A DNA stretch of 64,000 nucleotides from an uncultured virus (IMG/VR IMGVR_UViG_3300028414_000637) (IMGVR_UViG_3300028414_000637); one strand, 5' to 3'; positions 1 to 10,719 are shown, counted from the first letter of the stretch. Numbers and translations: made by a program. The notes: generated by a model not told the origin, from the letters alone.

Positions 1-548
1 GAAAACGCACATATGATGTTTGGTGGACAAAAGCACCTCCTAGAGAAATGTGGTTACCAGTTGTTGTACCATTAAACAAGTATATTGATACGTTATTTGG
101 ATCCAAGGAGTGGAATATACATGCGGTTGACTGTATTACCACTGCACCTAAATCAAGTAAAATTTATGCACACATAGATACGCCTTATCGATTTGAAAAA
201 TATGCCAAAGTAGATGCTACATTGGGTGTACAAATAATTATACCTCTTAATGATTTCACTTTAGAGAATGGCGGCACTGCGTATCTTCCTGGTTCGCATT
301 TGGAAAAGATATATTATAAAGATATTCAGGACAACCAAGAGCATTACAATGATAGATTAGTTAATGAAGGTCACCAATTTTTAGCAAAAGCAGGTGATGT
401 GCTAATGTATGATGGTAGAACATTGCATAGTACAATGCCTAATAAATCTAATTTATATAGAAGTGCATTGCTTATAAACGCACTACGCAATGATGTACTT
501 GAGGATGCTAATTTGTTAGATAATAACACGGATAGACTTAAAACTTGA
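1..548 (+). CDS. Phytanoyl-CoA dioxygenase-like 2OG-Fe(II) oxygenase (5' truncated by window)
   Basis: Frame is open from the window start; HxD motif (HIDTPY), PL.DFT.ENG.T..LPGSH, AGDVL, distal His (TLHS) and Arg. Confidence 0.85.
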   Translation, partial: KRTYDVWWTKAPPREMWLPVVVPLNKYIDTLFGSKEWNIHAVDCITTAPKSSKIYAHIDTPYRFEKYAKVDATLGVQIIIPLNDFTLENGGTAYLPGSHLEKIYYKDIQDNQEHYNDRLVNEGHQFLAKAGDVLMYDGRTLHSTMPNKSNLYRSALLINALRNDVLEDANLLDNNTDRLKT

Positions 549-619
549 CAAAAAACACTATTTGTAGTTAAATAGAAACTGAGATTAAATGATTCGAATT
601 ATCACGGAGCGAAAATTAA

Positions 620-1894
620 ATGGCATTGGCGAAAAAGAAAAAAGCAATAAAGAGAGCCCCATCCAAACGAGGAGCAAAACTAGAATCACCGAAATGGGAT
701 GGTTGGGAAACTTTGTCCGGAGCAGAATATCATCGTAAGAAAGAACATGCCCGTAGTTTCTACTATGAAAATTATCAACCAAAAGATTTATATGCATACA
801 TATTTTCATGGATGGGAAAGAACGGATATACAAACGAAGAAATAAAGTTAGCAAAGATCCCACCAGAATCGTCATTGAGTGTAACATGTGCAATATGTTC
901 AAGGTTACTACTGGATGGTATGCCTGACTTTAATCAAAAGGAAGATGATTACTGGCAAACTCTTCCGGGCACTGGCGGACACATAACTCCAATTAGTGAA
1001 TTTATTCGCAAACAAGTTACTACTGCAATCGCACGTGGAAAAGAAATGCGTGAGGCAAAAGAAGAAGTAGAAAAAGAAGAACAAAAGAAAAATAAATATC
1101 GTCCTTCTATACAAGAACTTCTACGTTTAAAAGCATTGTCTATGACAGATGAATTAGAAGACTTTATTGATGAATTTGATATGGATACAAACTCATTGAA
1201 AAATTTCAAGCCTATTAATATTTTGCGTAAGCAGGAAGCAAAAGCCAATCACGCTAAAGTTATTAGGGAGTTGTACGTTGCAAATTTTAATGAGTATGAT
1301 GAACTAATTAATCCTCCTAAGACAAAAGGAATGTCTGAAAAGGAACTTGATTGGCACGAACAACTTATTGAAGGCTATTCTCATTTAGAAAAGTCTGAAA
1401 TTAAAGCAATGTACGAAATGTATAAGAGTATTGTACAGGCTTGTGATATGGTAATTGCTAATGCAAAATTTGACCGAAAGCCTCGTAAAAAGAAACCTGT
1501 TAGTTCTGAAAAACTTGTATCTAAAATGAAGTTTATGAAAGAACATGTTGATACTGGATTAGTTAGTATTAATCCTATTGAGATAGTTGGGAGTAATATA
1601 CTAGTTCTTTATAATACAAAATCACGTAAGCTAGGTATATATCATACGAGTAATGTAGATCCAATGAACCAAAAACGTGAAGGAAGCGGCCTTAGTGTTA
1701 AAGGTACTACCATGATACGATTTAACGAGGAAACTAGTGTACAGAAGACCCTACGTAAGCCTCAAGAGCAATTAAAGATATTTAAAGATATCAATAAACG
1801 TTCTCTTAACAAGCAATTTGAAGCAATTAAGAGTGTCCCTACAAAGATGAATGGCAGAATTAATGAACATACCCTGCTTCTCAAGGTATTTTGA
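620..1894 (+). CDS. Hypothetical phage protein (424 aa)
   Basis: Long ORF, GGAG SD, sigma70-like TTGACA upstream; no motif recognised. Confidence 0.7.
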   Translation: MALAKKKKAIKRAPSKRGAKLESPKWDGWETLSGAEYHRKKEHARSFYYENYQPKDLYAYIFSWMGKNGYTNEEIKLAKIPPESSLSVTCAICSRLLLDGMPDFNQKEDDYWQTLPGTGGHITPISEFIRKQVTTAIARGKEMREAKEEVEKEEQKKNKYRPSIQELLRLKALSMTDELEDFIDEFDMDTNSLKNFKPINILRKQEAKANHAKVIRELYVANFNEYDELINPPKTKGMSEKELDWHEQLIEGYSHLEKSEIKAMYEMYKSIVQACDMVIANAKFDRKPRKKKPVSSEKLVSKMKFMKEHVDTGLVSINPIEIVGSNILVLYNTKSRKLGIYHTSNVDPMNQKREGSGLSVKGTTMIRFNEETSVQKTLRKPQEQLKIFKDINKRSLNKQFEAIKSVPTKMNGRINEHTLLLKVF

Positions 1895-1900
1895 TAAATA
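1893..1900 (+). promoter_or_regulatory. Late-type promoter GATAAATA (first of about 16 copies: 2519, 5374, 8216, 11220, 11823, 13640, 17999, 25392, 39611, 45306, 48149, 48584, 49708, 51905, 54278, 59285)
   Basis: Octamer recurs shortly upstream of start codons of structural genes; one base from the T4 late promoter TATAAATA. Confidence 0.8.
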
Positions 1901-1964
1901 GTATGTAGATGCTGACGAGCATACTAAATTAACATTACTAATTTATATCCCGGGAGAGATAGAT

Positions 1965-2453
1965 ATGGCAAACAACAAAAAACGATATTACTTCGCGGAA
2001 GTAACTGTACCCGATGCGGTTATTACTGCTCAAGGTGGCGCAGAAGTAGATGGTGGCAAAATGATTAAGAACTTACTTGATGAATATATTGCCGCAGATG
2101 GTACAAAATATGCCAAAGCATTAAGAGATTTTATTTTTGAAAATACTAGATTATATGGTTGGCACCCAGAAGACGCTAATAAATTTGCATACGGTCTGAC
2201 ATTTATTAATTCAAGACACTACGATAACTATCAGGCGTATACAACTCCTTTTAGACAATGGATGGAAGATACACATAATGTATCATATACATATGAAGTT
2301 AAAACTGATGTACCTTATGAAATTGCAGATTCAGGAGTTTCAGGTGCAGGTGAACCAGTTAAGGATGAAGACGGGTTCAATCATACATATGCAGAAGCTA
2401 CAAGGAATGAAATATTAGAAAATATCCCAACAGACCGAGGTTATTCTACATAA
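1965..2453 (+). CDS. Hypothetical late protein
   Basis: Own GATAAATA promoter, GGAG SD and terminator. Confidence 0.7.
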   Translation: MANNKKRYYFAEVTVPDAVITAQGGAEVDGGKMIKNLLDEYIAADGTKYAKALRDFIFENTRLYGWHPEDANKFAYGLTFINSRHYDNYQAYTTPFRQWMEDTHNVSYTYEVKTDVPYEIADSGVSGAGEPVKDEDGFNHTYAEATRNEILENIPTDRGYST

Positions 2454-2477
2454 TATTATACAAATTGTAAATAAAAG

Positions 2478-2503
2478 AGCCCATTCGTTAATGGGCTTTT
2501 TTT
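2478..2503 (+). terminator. Rho-independent terminator
   Basis: AGCCCATT-cgtt-AATGGGCT followed by a T-run. Confidence 0.8.
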
Positions 2504-2550
2504 ATATCTCCAGTAAATGATAAATACTGTATATAGTTGGAGTATAGTCA

Positions 2551-3300
2551 ATGGCTAAGAACACAAAAGTTAGAAACGATGTAATTAAGGAAGTACGATT
2601 ATTGCTAGGTGACGGCATGGTCGATATCGAACTTGATCCTGACCACTATGATTTAGCAGTAGATGTTGCTTTATCAAAAATAAGACAACGTTCTGAAAAT
2701 GCAGTAGAAGAAGATTTCTATGCTATGGAATTGAAAAAAGATGTAGACGAATACACGTTGCCGGCAGAAATTGTTGAAGTTAAGAAGATACATCATCGTT
2801 CATTTGGTCACGGTATATCGGGCGGTGTAGATATGGATCCGTTTGAACTAGCATATGCCAACTCTTATTTTTTCTTAAACAATCATATAGGTGGGCTTGC
2901 TACGTTTGAAGCATTTGCTCAATATCGTGAATCTTTAAATAGAGTTGCCGCAACTGATATTCAATATATTTGGAATCCAACAACTAATAAAATAAAACTA
3001 TTACGTAGAATGAGAGCCGACGAAATGGTTCTTATGCATGTCCATTTAGAAAGACCAGAAGAACAACTTCTAGTAGACCCATATCTTAAATCTTGGATGA
3101 GAGATTATACATTAGCATATTGTAAAAAAATGTTAGGCGAAGCACGAAGTAAATTTTCTTCATTACCTGGCGCCCAAGGTGGAGTATCACTTAATGGTGC
3201 AGAAATGAAAAATGAGGCAGATGTTTTAATTGACAAGTTGGAACAAGACCTATCAACTTACATAGATGGTTCTTCTCCGCTTGGATTTGTAATTGGATAA
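2551..3300 (+). CDS. Neck protein (T4 gp13-like)
   Basis: LG...V.IEL...; W...Y.LA..K..LG..RSKF..LPG..GG..LNG pattern typical of gp13. Confidence 0.8.
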   Translation: MAKNTKVRNDVIKEVRLLLGDGMVDIELDPDHYDLAVDVALSKIRQRSENAVEEDFYAMELKKDVDEYTLPAEIVEVKKIHHRSFGHGISGGVDMDPFELAYANSYFFLNNHIGGLATFEAFAQYRESLNRVAATDIQYIWNPTTNKIKLLRRMRADEMVLMHVHLERPEEQLLVDPYLKSWMRDYTLAYCKKMLGEARSKFSSLPGAQGGVSLNGAEMKNEADVLIDKLEQDLSTYIDGSSPLGFVIG

Positions 3301-4417
3301 TATACCCAAAACTGCTTGTTCCTTACTGTGGTCTCATGCGAGATTAAAGGTAGATGGTACTGTATTGCCTTGTTGCTTTGTAGAAGAAAGCAATATCCCA
3401 AACATAGACGAAGCCCCAAAATTAAAAGATGGGTTGCACAACGCATTTAATTCTAAATTCTTCAATGATATAAGAAGTAAAATGTTGAAAGGTGAAAAAC
3501 TTTCAATGTGCGACAAGTGTTGGCGTGCAGAAGATAATAATACACAATCATTCAGGCAACAATTTAATCAGTACGATAAATTCATAGGACAAGAGCCAAA
3601 GATAAGATATATAGAGACTGCGTTATCGACACATTGTAATTTATCTTGTAGAATGTGCAATGATACTTTTAGTAGTAAATGGAAATTAATAAAAAATCCA
3701 GGTATGTCGGTTGATGTATCTGTAGATTCATTTGATTTAGAACATTATAATACTGACTTGTCTAAACTAGATTTTGTTAAATTTATTGGCGGCGAACCAT
3801 TATTGGATAAGAAGCATTCAAACTTTTTAAATCAAATCATAAACAAATCAGATGCTCCTAGTAACGTAAGATTGTTTTATAACACTAATGGTACAATAAT
3901 ACCAAAGCAGGAAATATTTGATGCTTGGTCTAAAATAAAAGAAGTAGAAGTAGTCTTTAGCATTGATGCAATAGGTGAAGCAAACGAAGTGCTTAGACCA
4001 CCGCACACCTGGGATACTATTCAGAGCGCCATAAATCACTTTACAGAGCATAAATCAGATAATATGACGTTAGGTATGCATACTGTGATAAACGTCTTTA
4101 ACATACACCTATTAAAGGATATAGTAGAGTTTTCATACAGTCATTTTGGAAAGATGCCTGATGTTGATATGTTGGACTACCCGGATCATATGTCATTAAA
4201 AAATTTAGAAAGTAGTTTAAAGATTAAACTATCTAATGTACTTAAACATGCATTTGATGGACAAGAAGAATTACAATTATTAATAGAATTTATAAATCAA
4301 CCAACTACACATTCATACACTCTCGACCAAATTATAGATAAAGAAAAAGAAAATGATATCTTAGTAAATACTAAGATAGATAAGATAGGATTAAGAGAAG
4401 TATGGAATTCATTTTAA
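3293..4417 (+). CDS. Radical SAM protein with N-terminal SPASM/twitch-like domain
   Basis: CNLSCRMC (CxxxCxxC), GGEPLL, YNTNGT, FSIDAIG; N-terminal C..(DG.V.PCC)..C..C. Confidence 0.9.
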   Translation: MDNIPKTACSLLWSHARLKVDGTVLPCCFVEESNIPNIDEAPKLKDGLHNAFNSKFFNDIRSKMLKGEKLSMCDKCWRAEDNNTQSFRQQFNQYDKFIGQEPKIRYIETALSTHCNLSCRMCNDTFSSKWKLIKNPGMSVDVSVDSFDLEHYNTDLSKLDFVKFIGGEPLLDKKHSNFLNQIINKSDAPSNVRLFYNTNGTIIPKQEIFDAWSKIKEVEVVFSIDAIGEANEVLRPPHTWDTIQSAINHFTEHKSDNMTLGMHTVINVFNIHLLKDIVEFSYSHFGKMPDVDMLDYPDHMSLKNLESSLKIKLSNVLKHAFDGQEELQLLIEFINQPTTHSYTLDQIIDKEKENDILVNTKIDKIGLREVWNSF

Positions 4418-4725
4418 AAGCTATAATATCTGGTATAATTGTTGCATCAGTAAGTATGATGGCTAATCGTAGCGTTACTATGGCGGCTTTATTGATGGGC
4501 ATACCATTCACTGCATTTCTGGCAATGATTTTTATGTGGTTCGGAGGCGTTGATACTGCAACGTTTTCAAAATTTTCTATACAAACTATATATTTTGTCT
4601 TGACAAGTCTCTCGTTTTTTGTTATATTTGGGTTACTGGTTCAAACTTATGGCTTTTGGTTTTCAGCATCAATAGGCGCAATAGTTACCATAATACTGTA
4701 TAACATAATACTGAGGATTATATGA
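4402..4725 (+). CDS. Small 4-TM membrane protein (DUF3147-like)
   Basis: Four hydrophobic segments; 'FILKAIISG' start. Confidence 0.6.
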   Translation: MEFILKAIISGIIVASVSMMANRSVTMAALLMGIPFTAFLAMIFMWFGGVDTATFSKFSIQTIYFVLTSLSFFVIFGLLVQTYGFWFSASIGAIVTIILYNIILRII

Positions 4726-5339
4726 AGAAAATAATAGGCATTTGTGGGTTAATAGGACATGGAAAAGATACAGTAGCAGGTAATTTAATTGAACAAGGGT
4801 TTCAACGTATTAGTTTTGCAGGTGTGCTAAAAGATGCATGTGCAAATATATTTGGTTGGGATAGAATTCTATTAGAAGGCAATACACCAGAGAGTAGAGT
4901 ATTCAGAGAACAAGTAGATGAATGGTGGGCAAAAAGATTAGGTATTCCTAACTTTACACCTAGATGGGCTTTACAACATGTAGGCACTGATGTATTCAGA
5001 ACACATTTTCACCCAGATATTTGGGTAGCGGCTTGTGAAAGACAAGTCGAATTGACAGATAAAAATGTAGTCATTTCTGATTGCAGATTTTATAATGAGT
5101 TAGATGTAATTAAACGTTTAGGCGGTAAAACTACAGTAGTATGGCGTAAAGAAAAACCCCAATGGTGGGATTACGCTGTTAGGTCTAACACAAAAAATCA
5201 AATAGATTTAATGACTAGATATCCAGATGTACATAAAAGTGAGTATAGTTGGGCAGGCTGGGACTTTGACATAGAGTTTGACAACTCAAAAGACTTGGAA
5301 CATCTATATAGCCAAGTTTCAGATGTATTGTCTACGTAG
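4722..5339 (+). CDS. Deoxynucleoside monophosphate kinase (T4 gp1-like)
   Basis: IIGICGLIGHGKDT P-loop, FA..LK, TPR..LQ..GT, VVISDCRF.NE. Confidence 0.9.
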   Translation: MKKIIGICGLIGHGKDTVAGNLIEQGFQRISFAGVLKDACANIFGWDRILLEGNTPESRVFREQVDEWWAKRLGIPNFTPRWALQHVGTDVFRTHFHPDIWVAACERQVELTDKNVVISDCRFYNELDVIKRLGGKTTVVWRKEKPQWWDYAVRSNTKNQIDLMTRYPDVHKSEYSWAGWDFDIEFDNSKDLEHLYSQVSDVLST

Positions 5340-5449
5340 TTAATTCAAAAACACCCACTTTTTTGCATTTTTCGATAAATACTTGTAGCAATAAAAGAAT
5401 TTTGCTATAAAGCAATTTATATAATTAAGTATAATTAAGGAGAAACAGA

Positions 5450-8131
5450 ATGCCTACATTAGTATCACCGGGCGTGTCAGTTGTTGTTAGTGATGAGTCG
5501 CAATATGCGGCCGCTACACAAGGTACACTTCCACTACTAGTCGTTGCTACGGCAACAAACAAAACAGACGCATCTGGTTCAGCAATCGCATCTGGAACAC
5601 TACAGGCTAACGCCGGTGTTGCATATCTGGTTTCTTCACAACGAGAATTAGTTGAAACTTTCGGCGAACCAGTGTTCTACGAAGTTGGTGGTTCAGTTGT
5701 GCAAGGATCAGAGACAAGTGAATATGGCCTATTAGCGGCGTATCAATACTTAGGAGTTTCAAATAACGCCTATGTAATACGTGCGGACGTAGACATGTCA
5801 CAACTAGAAGCGACTTCAACAGAACCAGCTGGCGCAATAACAAACGGAACATATTGGCATGACACAGCATCATCTGATTTCGGTATTTTTCAATACGACG
5901 GTACAACATGGAATTCAGTTGCACCAAAAATATTGACAGATGCACCTGGAACAGGTAATGTTGAGGCTATCAATGCAGACGGTTTTGCGGCACCATCAAA
6001 TACTTTTGGTTCAGCAGGCGACATCGCAGTAGTTACGTCAACAGTTAAAATTACAATTTGGGAAAAAGTCGGCGTATCTTGGGTAGTTGCAGGCGATGTA
6101 GGCGGATCAGATTTTCAATGGTCCCTATTTGCTCCAACACACCAGTCAGATAACGTAACGCCAGTTGCAAATGGTAATATTTATATTAGAAAAACAAAAC
6201 AAGGCGGAGGTATGGATTTATCTGCGGCTGTTTACAGTTCAACATCTGGTCTATGGACTACAGTTCAAGCACCATTATATACATCAGATGATATAGCAGG
6301 CACAACATTAATTGATGCAGGCGATATATATGCACGACATAACGATACAAAAGGTTTTGTCGAGTTACGTAGAAATACAGGTAAAACTGCGACAACAATT
6401 ACATCTGGAGCAATTCCAGATACAGCATCAATCACTGCAAACTTCACAGTAGAAGGAACGCAATTCAATGAAACAGCAACAACATTAGACGCACTTGTAA
6501 TTAAAATGCAAAATAGTGCGGCTTTGAATACAGCTAATGTTTCAGTTGAAAAAGTAGGTGCAGACAAAGTTAGATGGACCAAATCAGACGGATTAGAATT
6601 AAATATTGTATTCACTTCTGGCTTCGGTGCTATGGGCTTTACAGAATCAACTTTAGTAGATTCAGCTTGGTCTGATTTATCATACGAAGCATCAAACTCA
6701 ACACCAAAAGGCGCAGTAGCAGAAGGCACTTTATGGTTTGACGCAGACCTAAAAATAGAGATTCTTAAAAACGCATATGTCGGTGGTGTTCAGAAATGGC
6801 AACAACATGCATGGTCCGAAGACACTAACGGTGTTATGGGCAATGAATTACAACTACGTTCAGGCATGCCAACAAAACGTAAAGATGGTACAACAAATCT
6901 TTACACTGGTGATGTATGGGTTGATAGTGATGCTATGCCTTATCCACATATCTATCGTTGGAGTGGATCAGAATGGGTCAAGCTAGACAATGCTGACCAA
7001 TCATCTAGCAATGGTGTGATATTCTCACATTATTCAGACCTCCCTCCACGTGATGAAGACGGCAACGTAATGTCTCGTACAGTACATGCTAAGACTACTA
7101 ATCCAGAATTAGCACCAGAAGGTATGTACATGGTAAACATGGATTACTCTACTTACAATGTTAAAAGATATACTAACGGTAAGTGGGAATGGGCATCAGG
7201 TATTAACCTAGATGGTTCAGGCAAATTCGGTAAACCAGCACAACGTCATATGGTTGTAGAAGCTATGCAGGCGGCAGTTGCAGGTAACGATGGTATTCGT
7301 TCAGAAGGCGTTTACTTTAACTTGATTGCATCTCCTGGATACCCAGAGTTAATGGACGAAATGATTGCTCTAAACAAAGATAAGAAAGAAGTTGCTTTCG
7401 TTATTGGTGATACACCAATGGACTTGAAATCAGATTCTACATCTTTGAAAACATGGGCAACAGACAATGTTCCAGCAGAATCGTATGCGGCAGTTTATTA
7501 CCCACATGGTCTTTCAACAGACTTATCAGGTAATGATGTTGTTATTCCATCATCAGCAATCGCACTACGTACTATTGCATTCTCAGACCAAGTATCATTC
7601 CCATGGTTTGCTCCAGCGGGCTTGACACGTGGTGTTGTAACGAATGCAAGTAAAGTAGGTTATGTAAACGATGAAAACGAATTTGCACAAGTTCGTTTAA
7701 GCAATGGGCAACGTGACGTACTATACACTTCACGTGTTAATCCAATCGCAGACCTTCCAAACCAAGGTCTAGTAGTTTATGGGCAGAAAACAACACAGGC
7801 ATTTGCATCAGCACTTGACCGTGTTAACGTTGCAAGACTTATTAACTACATGCGTTTTCAATTGGATCAACTTTCACGTGGTTTCTTATTCGAACAGAAT
7901 GATAAAATCACACGTGATAACATGCGTGATGCAGTAGAACGTTTCTGTGGTGAATTAGTTACTAATAGAGGTTTATATGACTTCTTAGTAGTATGTGATG
8001 AATCAAACAATACACCGGCTCGTATCGATAAGAATGAGTTATGGGTAGATGTTGCAATTCAACCAGTGAAAGCTGTAGAATTCATCTATATCCCACTACG
8101 TATCAGAAATACAGGCGAATCTCTAGCATAA
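5450..8131 (+). CDS. Tail sheath protein (gp18-like) with large internal insertion
   Basis: LVSPGV N-terminus; PWFAPAG..RG, NPI, G..V.GQKT, LDR.NV.RL, FE.ND, VVCDE.NN, P.K..EFI C-terminus. Confidence 0.95.
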   Translation: MPTLVSPGVSVVVSDESQYAAATQGTLPLLVVATATNKTDASGSAIASGTLQANAGVAYLVSSQRELVETFGEPVFYEVGGSVVQGSETSEYGLLAAYQYLGVSNNAYVIRADVDMSQLEATSTEPAGAITNGTYWHDTASSDFGIFQYDGTTWNSVAPKILTDAPGTGNVEAINADGFAAPSNTFGSAGDIAVVTSTVKITIWEKVGVSWVVAGDVGGSDFQWSLFAPTHQSDNVTPVANGNIYIRKTKQGGGMDLSAAVYSSTSGLWTTVQAPLYTSDDIAGTTLIDAGDIYARHNDTKGFVELRRNTGKTATTITSGAIPDTASITANFTVEGTQFNETATTLDALVIKMQNSAALNTANVSVEKVGADKVRWTKSDGLELNIVFTSGFGAMGFTESTLVDSAWSDLSYEASNSTPKGAVAEGTLWFDADLKIEILKNAYVGGVQKWQQHAWSEDTNGVMGNELQLRSGMPTKRKDGTTNLYTGDVWVDSDAMPYPHIYRWSGSEWVKLDNADQSSSNGVIFSHYSDLPPRDEDGNVMSRTVHAKTTNPELAPEGMYMVNMDYSTYNVKRYTNGKWEWASGINLDGSGKFGKPAQRHMVVEAMQAAVAGNDGIRSEGVYFNLIASPGYPELMDEMIALNKDKKEVAFVIGDTPMDLKSDSTSLKTWATDNVPAESYAAVYYPHGLSTDLSGNDVVIPSSAIALRTIAFSDQVSFPWFAPAGLTRGVVTNASKVGYVNDENEFAQVRLSNGQRDVLYTSRVNPIADLPNQGLVVYGQKTTQAFASALDRVNVARLINYMRFQLDQLSRGFLFEQNDKITRDNMRDAVERFCGELVTNRGLYDFLVVCDESNNTPARIDKNELWVDVAIQPVKAVEFIYIPLRIRNTGESLA

Positions 8132-8157
8132 GCTGAGATAAACCAATAAAAATCATG

Positions 8158-8184
8158 AAAACCCGGCAGTTATGTCGGGTTTTT
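8158..8184 (+). terminator. Rho-independent terminator after sheath gene
   Basis: ACCCGGCA/TGTCGGGT stem followed by a T-run. Confidence 0.75.
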
Positions 8185-8268
8185 ATTAACTACAACTTTA
8201 ATTATATTCATATTAGATAAATACTCTTATATAAAGTAAAGTTTCGAAACTTTTTAGGAGACAAAAAC

Positions 8269-8868
8269 ATGGCAAGAACATTAAATACTTTCGGTGTACC
8301 TACAGACAGTGGCGATGGCGTAACTGGCTCAGGTATTCTACAGCCTAAATTAAACTATCGTTTCCGTGTTCAAGTAGCAGGCTTCGGTGGTGTAACTACG
8401 AATACAACCGAATTCACAAGACAGGTTATGAACGTAACTCGTCCAAAGATTACACACGAATCAATTCCTGTAGATTCATATAACTCTCGTATGTACATGA
8501 TGGGTAAACACACATGGGAACCTATCACAATTACTCTACGTGATGATATTGCAAACAATTTAACTAAACTAGTAGGTAGACAAGTACAGTCACAGTTGAA
8601 CCACAGAAATCAATCTGGTCCAGCGGCAGGTACTAACTACAAGTTTTCTACATTAATTGAAATACTTGACGGTAACTCAGGCAATCCAAACGAACAATGG
8701 CAACTAGAAGGTTGTTTTGTTCAGAATGCAGATTATTCTCAGTCAGATTACTCAGTTTCAGATCCAGTAACTATCGCACTTACATTACAGTACGATAATG
8801 CTGTGTTCACTGATACTGAAATTATGCCTGATACGACATTTACAAATAATTCAAGCATTCTTGGTTAA
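8269..8868 (+). CDS. Tail tube protein (gp19-like)
   Basis: Follows sheath; RFRV, RP, GK..W..ITITLRDD, W.L.GC, LTLQYD. Confidence 0.85.
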   Translation: MARTLNTFGVPTDSGDGVTGSGILQPKLNYRFRVQVAGFGGVTTNTTEFTRQVMNVTRPKITHESIPVDSYNSRMYMMGKHTWEPITITLRDDIANNLTKLVGRQVQSQLNHRNQSGPAAGTNYKFSTLIEILDGNSGNPNEQWQLEGCFVQNADYSQSDYSVSDPVTIALTLQYDNAVFTDTEIMPDTTFTNNSSILG

Positions 8869-8885
8869 TCTTGAGGTAGGCTATT

Positions 8886-10448
8886 ATGGCTACAGATAGA
8901 CAAGGCGGTAAAAATAAACCAGGCAATATTGTAGTCCAGGATAGCAGTAACGCCAGAAAAAGATTTGGGTTCGACGGTGTCGGACCCATTACATCCGCTC
9001 CAAAATTGGGAGACATGTGGTATGTTGAATTCCACCAAGTCAACCGAGGAGTAGGACAGACACTTCCAAACAACAAATTCGTAAAATCAGTAGGTGGGAT
9101 TAACATTTCTACTTCTACTGTACCAATAGATAGGTACGGTAAAAGAGTACATATTCCCACACGTGTAGATTTTGGTGAAGTGGCAATTAGCATGTATGAT
9201 ACTATCAATGGTGATGGTTTTCATTTAATGAATAATATCTATAATAGATTTTTTAAGAATGGCGCTATACCAACTGATAGTGCAAATATAGAAAATAGTA
9301 TTAAAGATATTAATCAAGGTAGAAAATTTCCAGATAGTGGAAAAGCATATCATCAGAACTTTGAAAAAGTTGTTATATTTCATTTTTTCGGAAACCTAGA
9401 CAGAGAGACTGGCGGAACTGGTAAAATACAAAAGATTACGTTAGTCAATCCAATTGTAACATCTATTAATTTTTCAGCAAGTGACTATGCAGATAGTAAC
9501 TTAAAAATGATTGATTTTAATTTGCAACCAGAAAATATCACATTCGAAACAGTTGCAGATGAGATAACATTCCCTACATGGATGACAGACGGTCAGCCAT
9601 ATATATTAGAGTCTTTATTTTCTCAATCAGGCACAAGTGATATTTTACAACATGACCAATGGAATGATAAACTTAATGATTTATTAACACAAATGAAAAA
9701 AGATCCAAGTGATGTAAATAGTGCAACAAACCCAGCACCTGATGACACACCTTGGAAGATTAATACAAATCAACTTGCTAATCAAACAGCAGAACAAGCC
9801 GCACTAATTAATAAACAAAAATTAGACGAATTAACAAGATTAAATAATGCAGTAGAGCAATCTAAGTCTGTTAACATGAATGAATTCAATGGTCAGGATA
9901 TTGATCCAGTACAATTTTCAAATGTTCTACAAGCACAGAATGATATTGCACAAGCAAAATTCGAAGAAGCAAAATCAAGACACCAGTTTGTTGAAGCAGT
10001 TTCAACAGAAGCTAGATTTAGCGACCCATTTACTCCAGAAACAAAATATCCACAAGTAGCAGATTTTGCCAATATTGGCAATACATATGATGGTGGTACC
10101 GGATCATACGGCTCAAGCAATTTCGGTGGCGCAATAAAAAATGAATTAGTAAATGCGTTTTTTAACGGAAGAAGTATTAATTGGGGCAATATTAAAAACT
10201 CAGCGGCTCAAGGAATAATAGGAAACTCTGGTATAGGCTCTTTACAGAATCTAAGTAAAACTAGTCAGAGTAAATATGGGATATTGGGCGATTTAGTTAG
10301 AGACGGTATTAATAATTCAAGTAGGACCAGCGGCGGACAAGTCCAAACAACCACAGTTCCTTCTAATAATATTAATGCTACAACTACTGCTCTTAATAAT
10401 TCACAATCTTCTATAAATGTATTGAAGAATTTAACGAGAGGTCAGTAA
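8886..10448 (+). CDS. Tail-tube-like baseplate/tube initiator (gp48/gp54-like N-domain) with long C-terminal extension
   Basis: N-terminal ~210 aa has a tube-fold pattern (VKSV, Y.K...PT.VDF.EV.I.MYD); position after the tube gene. Confidence 0.55.
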   Translation: MATDRQGGKNKPGNIVVQDSSNARKRFGFDGVGPITSAPKLGDMWYVEFHQVNRGVGQTLPNNKFVKSVGGINISTSTVPIDRYGKRVHIPTRVDFGEVAISMYDTINGDGFHLMNNIYNRFFKNGAIPTDSANIENSIKDINQGRKFPDSGKAYHQNFEKVVIFHFFGNLDRETGGTGKIQKITLVNPIVTSINFSASDYADSNLKMIDFNLQPENITFETVADEITFPTWMTDGQPYILESLFSQSGTSDILQHDQWNDKLNDLLTQMKKDPSDVNSATNPAPDDTPWKINTNQLANQTAEQAALINKQKLDELTRLNNAVEQSKSVNMNEFNGQDIDPVQFSNVLQAQNDIAQAKFEEAKSRHQFVEAVSTEARFSDPFTPETKYPQVADFANIGNTYDGGTGSYGSSNFGGAIKNELVNAFFNGRSINWGNIKNSAAQGIIGNSGIGSLQNLSKTSQSKYGILGDLVRDGINNSSRTSGGQVQTTTVPSNNINATTTALNNSQSSINVLKNLTRGQ

Positions 10449-10449
10449 G

Positions 10450-10719
10450 ATGGCATTTGACATAGATGTACTAAAAGCAAAATTCCGAAAGAAAGGCTTC
10501 ACAGAAGCCAAGGCAGATTCGTTTGCTAGAGAAATAACTAACGTAGCTAGAAGTTATGGAGTTAGTCCTTATGCACTAGTTGATGAAATTGGCCCTAACT
10601 TTGACTTAAATGATTTAGGCGCATTCGTAATTAATAGTTCTTTGAGATTTGGGTACCAGACTGGTAAAATAAAACCATCTAAACCTAACACACTGGTTCA
10701 AAGAGCAATTATTAAATGA
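10450..10719 (+). CDS. Hypothetical virion-associated protein
   Basis: Coupled ORF in the tail operon. Confidence 0.6.
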   Translation: MAFDIDVLKAKFRKKGFTEAKADSFAREITNVARSYGVSPYALVDEIGPNFDLNDLGAFVINSSLRFGYQTGKIKPSKPNTLVQRAIIK

